From: Candidatus Hydrogenedentota bacterium
GTDB lineage: Bacteria > Hydrogenedentota > Hydrogenedentia > Hydrogenedentales > SLHB01
NCBI GenBank assembly: GCA_963674865.2
Contig: CAXXYE010000009.1
Span: 800,001-864,000 of the forward strand
Direction of reading: 5' to 3'
DNA: 64,000 nucleotides
In this document: positions 30,885 through 40,313 of the stretch, in pieces
How the letters are laid out: each line of letters opens with the position of its first letter
How positions within the stretch are numbered: the stretch's first letter is position 1
Translations under genes and position numbers: made by a program
The notes under the pieces: generated by a model
Databases searched by the model: none
What the model saw: the letters and a program-made list of their open reading frames with translations, nothing else
What the model was told of the DNA's origin: nothing

Positions 30885-32747
30885 TTGGAACTTCCAGAGA
30901 GTCTGATGGCATTCAGCGACAATTTCTCAAATCCACCACGCGAGTTCACCGTTATTCCGTTCTGGTTTCTAAACGATGATCTGAATGACGAGGAACTCCG
31001 CCGCCAGATCGATGACTTCGCTGCCCACGGCGTTTACGGATTCATCCCGCACGCGCGCTTGGGCCTGCCGTCGTCGATTCCGTTCATGTCGGAGCGCTGG
31101 CTGCACTTCATCCGCGTCTGCGTCGAGCATGCCGCTGAGAAGCAGATGCTGGTGTATCTCTACGATGAGGGGATGTATCCCTCCGGGTCGTGTGCGGGCC
31201 AGGTGGCCGCGGCCAATCCGCGTTATGCCACCCGGTGTCTCGAGCGCCAGGCGCTGGGCGCGGGCGTCGGCCAGGATGAGGAGGTGGTCGCGGAGGACGA
31301 GCATTGGGCCTACGTGCACCGGCGTTCCATGGGCCGCATCCGCGGCGTCCACTTCGGCACGGATGATGGCGAAGCCGGCGCCCCACTCTCCGCCGATCTC
31401 CTGAATCCCGAATCCGTCGATTGCTTCCTTCACCTCGTGTGCGATGGGTACTACGCCGCGCTTGAAAGACACTTCGGCACGACGGTTCGCGGCATCTTCA
31501 CCGATGAGCCGGATCTGCTCGGACGGGGCTCCCTGGGCGATGTCCGCCCCTGGACTTGGGGCCTGGAAGGGTTCCTGGAGGATGCTCTCGGCTACGATTT
31601 CCGCCCTCACCTGGGCGCCTTGTGGGATGAAGCGTGTCCGGACGCGGCGCGCTACCGCGCCGATTTCGAGCGGGCCGTCAATCGCCGTCTCCTGGATGCC
31701 TACTATGCGCGCTACGGCGCGTGGTGCGAGGCGCATGGCGTGGCGCTCACCGGACATCCGGCCAAGGCCGGCGACCTCGCCGCGCTCGCGCATTTCCAAC
31801 TGCCCGGCCAGGATATCGTCTGGCGCTGGATCGAGCCTTACAAGCCAAACGCCCTCGAAGGCGAGCAGTCCACCACGGCCAAATGCGCGCTTTCGGCCCA
31901 GCGGCATTACGGCCGCGCCCGCAACGCCGTCGAGTGCTTCGGGGCCTACGGGTGGGAGTTCACCTACGACGAGATGCGCTGGTTGACGAACTGGATGCTC
32001 GTGCGTGGAGTCAACCTGCTCATTCCGCACGCCTTCTACTACTCCCTGCGGGGCGAGCGCCGGAACGAGCGCCCGCCGGACGTCGGCCCTAACAGCGCGT
32101 GGTGGGAGAGTTACGAGGACTACGCCGACTACTGCCGCCGGCTGTGTTGGCTTCTCGCGACGGGCTCCCATGTCTGCCATTTCGCCATCCTCGGCGGGGC
32201 GGAGCGGCTGCCTTGGTGCGCCGCTAAGGCGCTGTTCCAATCTCAGCGCGATTTCAACTACCTGGGACGCGATACGCTCCTGAGCGACTGCGCTATTTCG
32301 GCCACCGGCGTCGCTATTCGCGATATGGCTTACCGGGGGCTTGTTATTGATGGGCCGGAGTATGTCTCGCCGGAGCTTCTCAGTCGGCTGAAGCCGCTTA
32401 TCGACGCGGGCCGCGTGGTGGCTTACGGCGATCCCGTGCCTGAAGTGCCGCAGGTGGCCGCCAACGCAGAGAGTCTCGTCGCCATGCTCGATGGGTGGGG
32501 GCCGCCCGACGTGACGGCTTCTCCCAAGGCTCTCGGCCTGCGCTATATCCATGTCCGCCATTCCGACAGCGACCTCTATCTGTTCGCCAATGAGGGGCCC
32601 GAGGCTATTGATGTGGATGTCCGCGTCGCCGCCTCCGGCGCCGGCGAATGGTGGGATCCGCAGTCCGCAGCGCTGCTCGAGGATGTGCCGTCCAACCGTC
32701 TCGTCCTCGACCCGCTCACGACTCGCGTACTTCGCTTTGCCCGCTGA
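30885..32747 (+). CDS. Glycoside hydrolase, GH106 (alpha-L-rhamnosidase)-like
   Basis: PFWFLND, HARLGL, LYDEGMYPSGSCAG, GIFTDEP, ECFGAYGW, GVNLLIPHAFYYS and PPD motifs. Confidence 0.75.
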   Translation: MELPESLMAFSDNFSNPPREFTVIPFWFLNDDLNDEELRRQIDDFAAHGVYGFIPHARLGLPSSIPFMSERWLHFIRVCVEHAAEKQMLVYLYDEGMYPSGSCAGQVAAANPRYATRCLERQALGAGVGQDEEVVAEDEHWAYVHRRSMGRIRGVHFGTDDGEAGAPLSADLLNPESVDCFLHLVCDGYYAALERHFGTTVRGIFTDEPDLLGRGSLGDVRPWTWGLEGFLEDALGYDFRPHLGALWDEACPDAARYRADFERAVNRRLLDAYYARYGAWCEAHGVALTGHPAKAGDLAALAHFQLPGQDIVWRWIEPYKPNALEGEQSTTAKCALSAQRHYGRARNAVECFGAYGWEFTYDEMRWLTNWMLVRGVNLLIPHAFYYSLRGERRNERPPDVGPNSAWWESYEDYADYCRRLCWLLATGSHVCHFAILGGAERLPWCAAKALFQSQRDFNYLGRDTLLSDCAISATGVAIRDMAYRGLVIDGPEYVSPELLSRLKPLIDAGRVVAYGDPVPEVPQVAANAESLVAMLDGWGPPDVTASPKALGLRYIHVRHSDSDLYLFANEGPEAIDVDVRVAASGAGEWWDPQSAALLEDVPSNRLVLDPLTTRVLRFAR

Positions 32748-32855
32748 CGCATGCCGGCCAACCGACAAAGCGATAGTGCAGGTCGCAATCCCACTCCGCT
32801 GCGTGGTAGATTGCCGCGTCCCAGAAGTGGTTTGGAATGACATGGAGGAGAGCCA

Positions 32856-33689
32856 ATGACTGCGGGGAGTCCTTTGAATCCGGGCGATAAGTGGCCTGAG
32901 AAGGCCTACAAGAATTCCGAGTTCCTTGCCAGTCACGATGCACGGCCCATCCGGGTGCTGTGTGAATTCCTTGAGCCGGAGCGCCGGTTCCGCGAACTCG
33001 GGGTGAAGAGCACGATTGTCTTCTTCGGGTCGGCCCGCACGCTGCCGCACGAAACGGCCAAGCACCGGCTGAAAGCGGCGCGTGAAGACCTCAAGCGTGC
33101 TTCAGAGGCGTCTCTCAAACTCGAGCAGGCCGTTGACAAGGCCGAATGCGCCTTGCGCCTTTCCCGGTACTATGAGGACGCAACCGTCCTGGCCGAGAAA
33201 CTCACGCGCTGGTGGCTGTCGCGCCCCAAGGATGCTTGCGTCATTTGCTCGGGAGGGGGGCCGGGAATCATGGAGGCGGCCAACCTCGGCGCGGCGCAAG
33301 CCGGCGGGCCGTCAGCGGGACTGAACATCAGCCTGCCCTTCGAGCAAGTACCCAACACGTACCAGACACGGGAGTTGTCCTTCGAGTTCCATTACTTCTT
33401 TATCCGGAAGTTCTGGTTTGTCTATCTCGCGAAGGCGCTCGTCGTGTTCCCCGGCGGCTTTGGGACGTTTGATGAGCTGTTCGAGCTGCTGACACTCACC
33501 CAAACGGGCAAGCTGGGCAAGCGTGTGCCTATCGTCATCTATGGAACGGAGTATTGGAATGACGTGATCGACTTCGACGCGATGGCGCGCTGGGGGATGA
33601 TAAGCGAGGAGGACTTGAAGCTATTCCGCTTCTGCGATGATGTCGATACGGCTTTCGACTATCTGACAAAGGAACTGGACAAAACGTAG
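32856..33689 (+). CDS. LOG family protein (nucleotide phosphoribohydrolase, TIGR00730-like)
   Basis: FFGSAR, SGGGPGIMEAAN, FHYFFIRK and PGGFGTFDE. Confidence 0.92.
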   Translation: MTAGSPLNPGDKWPEKAYKNSEFLASHDARPIRVLCEFLEPERRFRELGVKSTIVFFGSARTLPHETAKHRLKAAREDLKRASEASLKLEQAVDKAECALRLSRYYEDATVLAEKLTRWWLSRPKDACVICSGGGPGIMEAANLGAAQAGGPSAGLNISLPFEQVPNTYQTRELSFEFHYFFIRKFWFVYLAKALVVFPGGFGTFDELFELLTLTQTGKLGKRVPIVIYGTEYWNDVIDFDAMARWGMISEEDLKLFRFCDDVDTAFDYLTKELDKT

Positions 33690-33710
33690 TTTTTGGGCCG
33701 GGCTCCCGGA

Positions 33711-35225
33711 CTACGTGAAGTGCCGTTCGAGGAACGCCAGGTCAAGCTGTGGGTAGAGGGGGAACTTGTCGAGAAGCGCCTGCACCCGCGCCCTTGCCTC
33801 TTCAGTGGCTCTTTGGCCGATCTCGTAGCGCGCCCGGCTCGGCTGCCCCGCCCTCGGGCCCGAGTCGACGAGCCGCGGCGTCGTATGTGCAAGCACGTGC
33901 TTGAGTAACGATGCGATCTCACTCATCTCCTCGGCGCCCATGCCAAGGGTGGTTATCGCGGGCGTGCCGATGCGCATTCCGCTCGTATACCAGGGGCCAT
34001 TGGGGTCGCCGGGCAACGAGTTGAAGTTTAGGGTGATGCCGCATTCGTGCATCGCGCCCGCCGCCTGTCGTCCCGTCAATCCGAAACCGCGCACGTCGAT
34101 GAGAAGCAGGTGATTGTCCGTGCCGCCGGTAACTACGTCCAGCCCTTCGCTTAGGCACGCCTCGGCGAGGACGCGCGCATTACGCACGATGGCCTGGGCG
34201 TATGTCTTGAACTCGGGCCGGTTGGCCTCGGTGAAGGCGACAGCCTTGGCGGCGATGACGTGGGGCAAAGGCCCGCCGATGACGAGCGGACAGCCTTTGT
34301 CGACGAATTCCGCGAACTCGCTGGTGCATAGCACGATCCCGCCCCGGGGGCCCCGGAGCGTCTTGTGGGTGGTCGATGTAACGACGTGCGCGTATGGAAT
34401 GGGATTGCTCGTGCCTTCGAAGACGCCCCCGGCGACAAGTCCGGCGAAGTGGGCCATATCGACCATGAACACGGCGCCTGCCTTGTCCGCGATTGCGCGC
34501 AGGCGCTCGAAGTCGATGGCCCGGGGATAGGCGCTGTAGCCGGCAAGAAAAATGAGCGGCTTGATATCGAGCACCATGCGCTCGAGTTCGTCATAGTCGA
34601 GAAGGCCCGTCTCGGAATTGACGCCGTAACTGTACGCATCGAACATTCTGGCGGACACATTGCGCCGGTAGCCGTGCGTCAGGTGACCTCCCGAGTAATA
34701 GTCCATGCCTAGGAGCCGTTGGTTGCCCATGGCGTGACGGAGCTTTTCCCAGTCCTCACGGGATAGGGCGGCGGGGTCCTTCGTGCCGAGTTCGGCCATA
34801 GCCGGTGTCTCGACACGCGCCCCCAGGATGGCCCAGTAGGCGATGAGGTTGGCGTCGGCCCCGCTGTGAGGCTGGACATAGGCGTGGTCGCATTTGAACA
34901 GCTTCCGCGCCTCTTCGCAGGCGTAGGCCTCGACGTCGTCGATGTTCTCGCAGCCTTCATAAAACCGGTGGCCGGGAAAGCCCTCTGCGTACTTGTCCGT
35001 CAACAGGTTGCCCATGGCAAGTTGGGCGGCAAGGGAGGAGTAATTCTCGCTGGCAATGAGCTTAAGGTGGCTGCGCTGGTCGGCGAACTCGTGGACGATG
35101 GCTCGCGCGACTTTGGGAGCTGTTTTCGCGACCTCCGTCAGGCTGGCGATGAGTCCCAACGCGCCGGCATCGGCTTCGGCGGGGGAGATACTGGCGAGGT
35201 ACGCGGCAATGGCGTTGTTACACAC
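33711..35225 (-). CDS. glyA: Serine hydroxymethyltransferase (long form)
   Basis: LIASENY, KYAEG.PG.RFY.GC, GGHLTHG, DMAHFAGLVAG, TTHKTLRGPRGG and GGTDNH; AAGGAGG RBS before the GTG start. Confidence 0.96.
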   Translation of the reverse strand: MCNNAIAAYLASISPAEADAGALGLIASLTEVAKTAPKVARAIVHEFADQRSHLKLIASENYSSLAAQLAMGNLLTDKYAEGFPGHRFYEGCENIDDVEAYACEEARKLFKCDHAYVQPHSGADANLIAYWAILGARVETPAMAELGTKDPAALSREDWEKLRHAMGNQRLLGMDYYSGGHLTHGYRRNVSARMFDAYSYGVNSETGLLDYDELERMVLDIKPLIFLAGYSAYPRAIDFERLRAIADKAGAVFMVDMAHFAGLVAGGVFEGTSNPIPYAHVVTSTTHKTLRGPRGGIVLCTSEFAEFVDKGCPLVIGGPLPHVIAAKAVAFTEANRPEFKTYAQAIVRNARVLAEACLSEGLDVVTGGTDNHLLLIDVRGFGLTGRQAAGAMHECGITLNFNSLPGDPNGPWYTSGMRIGTPAITTLGMGAEEMSEIASLLKHVLAHTTPRLVDSGPRAGQPSRARYEIGQRATEEARARVQALLDKFPLYPQLDLAFLERHFT

Positions 35226-35378
35226 AGGTTGCCTCCTTGAGACCTTGGTACGGTAGAGGCGCTTATGGTAATGATTTCACCGGGAGGGATCAAAGGCAGC
35301 GCCGGGCTCGGAACGACGAGTGAATAGCGTCTTCCGAGGTCTTTGGGGCCGCGCGTGAACATTTGCCGAGGCGATTTT

Positions 35379-35387
35379 GCTATAATG
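35379..35387 (+). promoter_or_regulatory. Extended -10 promoter element
   Basis: TGCTATAAT about 20 nt upstream of repeat copy B and the E1 gene; no clear -35. Confidence 0.55.
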
Positions 35388-35407
35388 CGCGCGTTCTTGA
35401 CGCAGAG

Positions 35408-35568
35408 GCCCCGGTGGCCGGGTTGCCGATTGTGCCGCGCGTCAAGTCATTGGAAACAAAGACACTGTCGAAAAGGTTGGCCTCACCCATCCGGTGAATC
35501 GCTTTCGGAAGGCGGCGTCGTATCCAAGTGCCGTGTGCGCGGCACCGTTGAGTCATCCGGCGATTGCG
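35408..35568 (+). repeat. 161-nt structured non-coding element, copy B
   Basis: Paralogue of 30165-30325 (see copy A). Confidence 0.8.
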
Positions 35569-35652
35569 GAGAGGCGCTTATCCTCCTGCCGATTCACGGC
35601 ATTTCTCTGAATCAGGCGTATTATTCGAGATAGACAAGGAAGGCACGAAGTC

Positions 35653-38193
35653 ATGACGAAGCGGCTCATGGTGGTTCCCGAGGAAGTCCGGAAATCCGGT
35701 GCGATTGAACTTGGGAGCATCCCCGTTAACACCTATCAGCGTACTCTGTCCGAGGAACTTGCAGAGAACGCCGATCTCACCGGCGCCCGGTGTCTGCGCG
35801 TCTACCGGGATATGGTGCTCATCCGCGAGTTCGAGACAATGCTCGATCAGATCAAGAAGCTCGGGGCGTACCAGGGCATCGAATACAAACACCTCGGCCC
35901 GGCCCATCTCTCGATTGGGCAGGAGGGCGCGGCCGTGGGCGAGTGCTTCCACCTGAACGTCGAGGATCACATCTACGGGAGCCATCGAAGCCACGGTGAG
36001 ATCATCGCCAAGGGTCTTCGGGCCGTGGACGAACTCAAGGGAGATCGCCTCACCGAGATCATGACAAGCTATTTCGACGGCGTCATCCTGCGCGCCGTCG
36101 AGGGGCGCGAAGCCGGGGAGCCGTTGAAGGCCGCGTATATGGACGGAGGTAAGAAGGGCGTTTTCGCGACGGATGAGGAGGAGGAATTGGGCATCGATTT
36201 CCTCCTTTACGGCCTGCTCGGAGAGATATTCGGACGGGAAACCGGTTTTAATCGCGGTATGGGCGGCTCGATGCACGCGTTCTTCACGCCCTTCGGCATC
36301 TATCCGAATAACGCGATCGTTGGCGGTAGCGGGGACATCGCCACTGGCGCGGCGCTGTTCAAGAAGATACGGAGGCAATCCGGGATCGCCGTCGCGAATA
36401 TCGGCGACGCATCGCTGGGGTGCGGCCCCGTGTGGGAGGGCCTTGGATTTGCAGCGATGGGCCAGTTCTCCAACCTGTGGGACGAGGATTTCCACGGCGG
36501 GCTGCCAATCATCTACAACATCATGAACAACTTCTACGGTATGGGCGGGCAGCCTATCGGGGAAACGATGGGCTTCGACCGCGTTGCCCGGATCGGCGCG
36601 GGCGTCAATCCGGACAACATGCACGCCGAATGCGTGGACGGCAATAATCCGTTGAGTCTTGCCGAGGCGTACAAGCGCAAGAAGCAGACTATCGCGGAAG
36701 GCGGCGGCCCCGTCTTGCTGGAGGTAGTATGCTATCGCCAGACGGGCCATTCGCCAAGCGATCAGTCTTCCTATCGCGAACGCGAAGAGATCGATATGTG
36801 GCGTGAGGTGGATCCCATCACAGAGTTCGGCGAGAAGCTCGTATCCGCAGGCGTCGCGACGCAGGACGTCCTCGATACTGTAGGCGCCTATGCGCAGCGG
36901 AAGGTGGCAAAGGCATGCAAACTGGCCACCGACCTGAGCGTCTCCCCCCGCATGGCGCTTGGCTCGGAAGCCGGCCTGGCCACGTTCATGTTCTCGAACG
37001 CGCCGGAGGAGGAACTGCCGGGCCTCGAGCGCGAGGACGACGTCCTGATCTCCATGGAGGAGATTCCGCGCGTCAAGCAGCTCGCGAAGAAGTCGCGCTA
37101 CGGCTTGGATGCGGCGGGGGCCGTGCTCAAGGAATCCAAGGCCGTCAGTTTCCGCGACGCCATCTTCGAGTCCATCTTGCACCATTTCTATCGCGACTCG
37201 CGGCTGGCCGCCTGGGGCGAGGAGAATCGAGACTGGGGCGGGGCCTTTGCCGTGTACCGCGGCCTCACCGAGGCGCTGCCGTACCATCGCTTGTTCAACT
37301 CCCCGATCTCCGAAGGCGCCATCGTGGGCACGGCAGTTGGCTATGCCCTCGAGGGCGGCCGCGCCCTCGCCGAGCTTATGTACTGTGACTTCATGGGCCG
37401 CGCCGGCGACGAGGTCTTCAATCAACTGCCGAAGTGGCAGGCTATGTCCGGCGGCTACTGCAAGATGCCCGTTGTCCTGCGCGTATCAGTGGGCAATAAG
37501 TACGGCGCGCAGCACTCACAAGACTGGACGGCGTTGACGGCGCACGTGCCCGGACTCAAGGTCGTGTTCCCGGCCACGCCTTACAGCGCCAAGGGGCTCA
37601 TGGCCTCGGCCCTGCGCGGGAGCGATCCTGTCGTGTTTTTTGAGAGCCAGCCCATCTACGATGTGACGGAGATCTTCCACGCGGGCGGTGTGCCCGAGGA
37701 GTACTACACGGTGCCCATCGGCGTGCCGGAGGTGCTCAAGGAAGGCAAAGATCTGACTATCCTAACCTACGGCGCGACGCTCTACCGGGCATGGGAAGCC
37801 GCGCAGCGCCTTGAGGGCGAGTTCGGGCTTTCCGTTGAACTCATTGACGGGCAGAGTCTTGTGCCTTTCGACTACGAGATTCTCATCAACTCGGTGAAGA
37901 AGACCGGCAAGGTCATCCTCGCCAGCGACGCTTGCGAGCGGGGCAGTTACCTGCACACCATCGCGGGGCAACTCACCCAGATGGCCTTCGATCATCTGGA
38001 CGCCCCCGTCTGCGTGCTCGGCGCGCACAACTGGATTGTGCCCCCGGCCGAAATGGAAGATGAGTACTTCCCGCAGCCGCACTGGTTCCTGGACGCCTAT
38101 CACACCCAGATCAAGCCGTTGCCGGGCTATGAGCCGCAAACGGATCGCTCCGAGGCGGCGATGTTGCGGCTGTCGAAATACGGCGTGCTCTAA
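35653..38193 (+). CDS. TPP-dependent 2-oxoacid dehydrogenase E1, alpha/beta fusion
   Basis: HLSIGQEG, SHRSHG, GMGGSMH, GDAS..N (TPP motif), YRQTGHSPSD; beta part SPISEGAIVG, GAQHSQ and PVVFFE. Confidence 0.92.
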   Translation: MTKRLMVVPEEVRKSGAIELGSIPVNTYQRTLSEELAENADLTGARCLRVYRDMVLIREFETMLDQIKKLGAYQGIEYKHLGPAHLSIGQEGAAVGECFHLNVEDHIYGSHRSHGEIIAKGLRAVDELKGDRLTEIMTSYFDGVILRAVEGREAGEPLKAAYMDGGKKGVFATDEEEELGIDFLLYGLLGEIFGRETGFNRGMGGSMHAFFTPFGIYPNNAIVGGSGDIATGAALFKKIRRQSGIAVANIGDASLGCGPVWEGLGFAAMGQFSNLWDEDFHGGLPIIYNIMNNFYGMGGQPIGETMGFDRVARIGAGVNPDNMHAECVDGNNPLSLAEAYKRKKQTIAEGGGPVLLEVVCYRQTGHSPSDQSSYREREEIDMWREVDPITEFGEKLVSAGVATQDVLDTVGAYAQRKVAKACKLATDLSVSPRMALGSEAGLATFMFSNAPEEELPGLEREDDVLISMEEIPRVKQLAKKSRYGLDAAGAVLKESKAVSFRDAIFESILHHFYRDSRLAAWGEENRDWGGAFAVYRGLTEALPYHRLFNSPISEGAIVGTAVGYALEGGRALAELMYCDFMGRAGDEVFNQLPKWQAMSGGYCKMPVVLRVSVGNKYGAQHSQDWTALTAHVPGLKVVFPATPYSAKGLMASALRGSDPVVFFESQPIYDVTEIFHAGGVPEEYYTVPIGVPEVLKEGKDLTILTYGATLYRAWEAAQRLEGEFGLSVELIDGQSLVPFDYEILINSVKKTGKVILASDACERGSYLHTIAGQLTQMAFDHLDAPVCVLGAHNWIVPPAEMEDEYFPQPHWFLDAYHTQIKPLPGYEPQTDRSEAAMLRLSKYGVL

Positions 38194-38196
38194 CTG

Positions 38197-38955
38197 TTAG
38201 ACGGAGAGCTTCTTCCAGTAGAGGCCCGAAAGCGGGATGCCGGAGGCCATACGCCCAAAGCGGTGGTAGCGGGCTTCCAACAGCTCCGCACCGCCGTTTG
38301 TCTCCCAGTCGACGGGCGCACAGGCCAGGTGTTCCCCTTGATCGCTCCAAGGCGCCTCGAGAATCAGTACGCCTCCGCTTTTCAGCCTCCTGTCGAGCAG
38401 CCGGAAGGTGTCCGAGGGCGTCCGCAGGTGCTCGAGCACATCGATGCAGAGGATGAGGTCCAGGCTGTTATCGGCGATGTCACGGAGGTCGACGGAGACG
38501 AGGCGAACGTCCTTGTCCTGGCGCTTATCGATCCGGTACTTCACGAACTCGCGCGGCAAGTTGTCCATATCCGCCAGGAATAACCGCGAACGCGGCGCGA
38601 AATCGGCCCGCCAAGCGAGAGAGAGCGCCGCTGTCCCGCAGCCGAAATCCAACAGATTCCCCGCGAAAGTGTATGGCGGGGCAACAACCAGCATCAGCGC
38701 CGCTACGATATAGTCGCGTGTGAATTGATCCAGAATGTTAGTTGGGATGTTTGCCGCGCCTGCTCGCCCGTTCCATGTGTGGTAGAAGGGCTCTGGTTCG
38801 GCGGGGTCGAATGTCGAGGCGACATGGGCCGACCACTCCCCGGCCAGCGCGTTCATCTCCTCCCAGGTATCGCAGAATCCTCGCGCCCGGAGGAATTCGA
38901 GCGCATCCGCCAGGCAGGCTTGCCGCGCCTCATCGATCCATGCTCGTATGCTCAT
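38197..38955 (-). CDS. Class I SAM-dependent methyltransferase
   Basis: LLDFGCGTA, DLILCIDVLEHL and LKSGGVL; start trimmed to MSIRAW. Confidence 0.85.
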   Translation of the reverse strand: MSIRAWIDEARQACLADALEFLRARGFCDTWEEMNALAGEWSAHVASTFDPAEPEPFYHTWNGRAGAANIPTNILDQFTRDYIVAALMLVVAPPYTFAGNLLDFGCGTAALSLAWRADFAPRSRLFLADMDNLPREFVKYRIDKRQDKDVRLVSVDLRDIADNSLDLILCIDVLEHLRTPSDTFRLLDRRLKSGGVLILEAPWSDQGEHLACAPVDWETNGGAELLEARYHRFGRMASGIPLSGLYWKKLSV

Positions 38956-39100
38956 AGAGCCGTCCTCTTCGCTACCGCTGAGAGTATGCGCAAGAACCAC
39001 GTGGATTGACAAGGAGCGGCCCGGTGCCCTTTTCCTCACCTTGCCACCTGTGGCAGAATGCCGCGTGCGAAGGGGCGGATTGTGATGATAGGAGGCTGAT

Positions 39101-40033
39101 ATGGATCGAAGGGCATTTCTCCGAAGCGGCGCCGGGGCCGGCCTCGCGCTGGCGGCGAGTTGTACACATGCGAAGCCGGTGGCGCGCTATCAGGGGGGCG
39201 TCAGCCCTTGGCCCATCGTCCTCAACACGAGCACCATTCGGCCCGCGTCGCTGCGGGACAAGATCAATGCCGCCGCTGAAGCCGGCTACGACGGCATCGA
39301 GCCGTGGGTCGAAGATCTCGAGAAGTACGAAGCCGAAGGCGGCGATCTCAACGCTTTGGGCCGGCAGATCCGCGACAAAGGGCTGTTCGTGCCGAATGTG
39401 ATCGGGCTTTGGGAATGCATGCCAGCGGGCGAGGACGCCTGGCAGGCGTCTCTCCCCGCTACGCGGAACCGGATGCGCATGTGCGCCGCCATCGGCTCAC
39501 AGCATGTGGCTGCCATCCCCGCCCCCGATCGGGCCGATTTTGACTTGAAATGGGGCGCGGATCGCTATCGGGATTTGCTCCAAATCGGCCGTGAGGAATA
39601 TGGCCTGGTGGTGGCCTTCGAGTTCGTGGGCTTTTTCAAAGGGGTGCACCGGCTGGGACAGGCCTGCGCCGTGGCCGTTGACGCCTGCGACGCCGACGCA
39701 TGTCTTATCGCCGACACATTCCATCTCTACCGCGGCGGTTCGGGATTCGATGGCCTTTGCCACTTGGACGGCGCCTTCATCGCCAATTTTCATTGGAATG
39801 ATGTTCCCGCGTCGCCGCCCCGCGAGGAACTCGGCGATCAGCACCGCATCTATCCCGGCGATGGTATCTTGCCCCTGCGGCAGGTTCTGGAGTCGCTCAA
39901 GGGCATCGGCTACACGGGGCCGCTGTCGCTGGAGCTGTTCAATCGGGAGCACTGGGAGCAGGATCCGAAGGTGGTGGCGGAAACGGGCCTACGGAAGATC
40001 ATGGGACTCATGGCGCCGGCCGCGCGCACGTGA
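39101..40033 (+). CDS. Tat-exported sugar phosphate isomerase/epimerase (xylose isomerase-like TIM barrel)
   Basis: MDRRAFL Tat motif, AGYDGIEPW, DTFHLY, HWND, R.YPGDG and SLELF. Confidence 0.88.
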   Translation: MDRRAFLRSGAGAGLALAASCTHAKPVARYQGGVSPWPIVLNTSTIRPASLRDKINAAAEAGYDGIEPWVEDLEKYEAEGGDLNALGRQIRDKGLFVPNVIGLWECMPAGEDAWQASLPATRNRMRMCAAIGSQHVAAIPAPDRADFDLKWGADRYRDLLQIGREEYGLVVAFEFVGFFKGVHRLGQACAVAVDACDADACLIADTFHLYRGGSGFDGLCHLDGAFIANFHWNDVPASPPREELGDQHRIYPGDGILPLRQVLESLKGIGYTGPLSLELFNREHWEQDPKVVAETGLRKIMGLMAPAART

Positions 40034-40088
40034 GGACGCGCGGAGCTACGGCAGCCGCAAGTCTTTGGGAGAAGTCCGGGCGCGGCAC

Positions 40089-40199
40089 TCAGTCCCGTTT
40101 GTCGGGTGGGCCGTCGGAGCCGTCATCGCGCAAGGCCACGACCGCCCAGAGCACGAGCGCCAGCACCAGCAGCCCCATATAGAGATAGTAGTAAATCAT
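40089..40199 (-). CDS. Small single-pass membrane protein (36 aa)
   Basis: Hand-translated MIYYYLYMGLLVLALVLWAVVALRDDGSDGPPDKRD*; GC3-rich codons; below the ORF-track size cutoff. Confidence 0.55.
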   Translation of the reverse strand: MIYYYLYMGLLVLALVLWAVVALRDDGSDGPPDKRD

Positions 40200-40313
40200 C
40201 GCGCGACGCGGATCATATCAATCCCGCGCGCCAGGAACAACCTGGTGGCCGACTTGCCAATCGCGCGGCGCCGCCGGATCATCAGGCAATCATGAGAAAG
40301 GATACCTACAGTC

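Noticed and set aside
30969..33065. Long antisense ORFs (698 aa here; also 35578-37425, 61671-63737 and 2941-4362) and the same-strand alternate-frame ORF 43223-44731
   Set aside because: Shadow frames of well-supported genes in high-GC DNA, with no recognisable motifs.
35253..35310. AGAGGCGC...AAAGGCAGCGCCG on + resembles the P1/P2 region of a lysine riboswitch
   Set aside because: Too short, lacks the GCCGAA junction and the later stems, lies upstream of the likely + strand promoter, and no lysine gene is adjacent.
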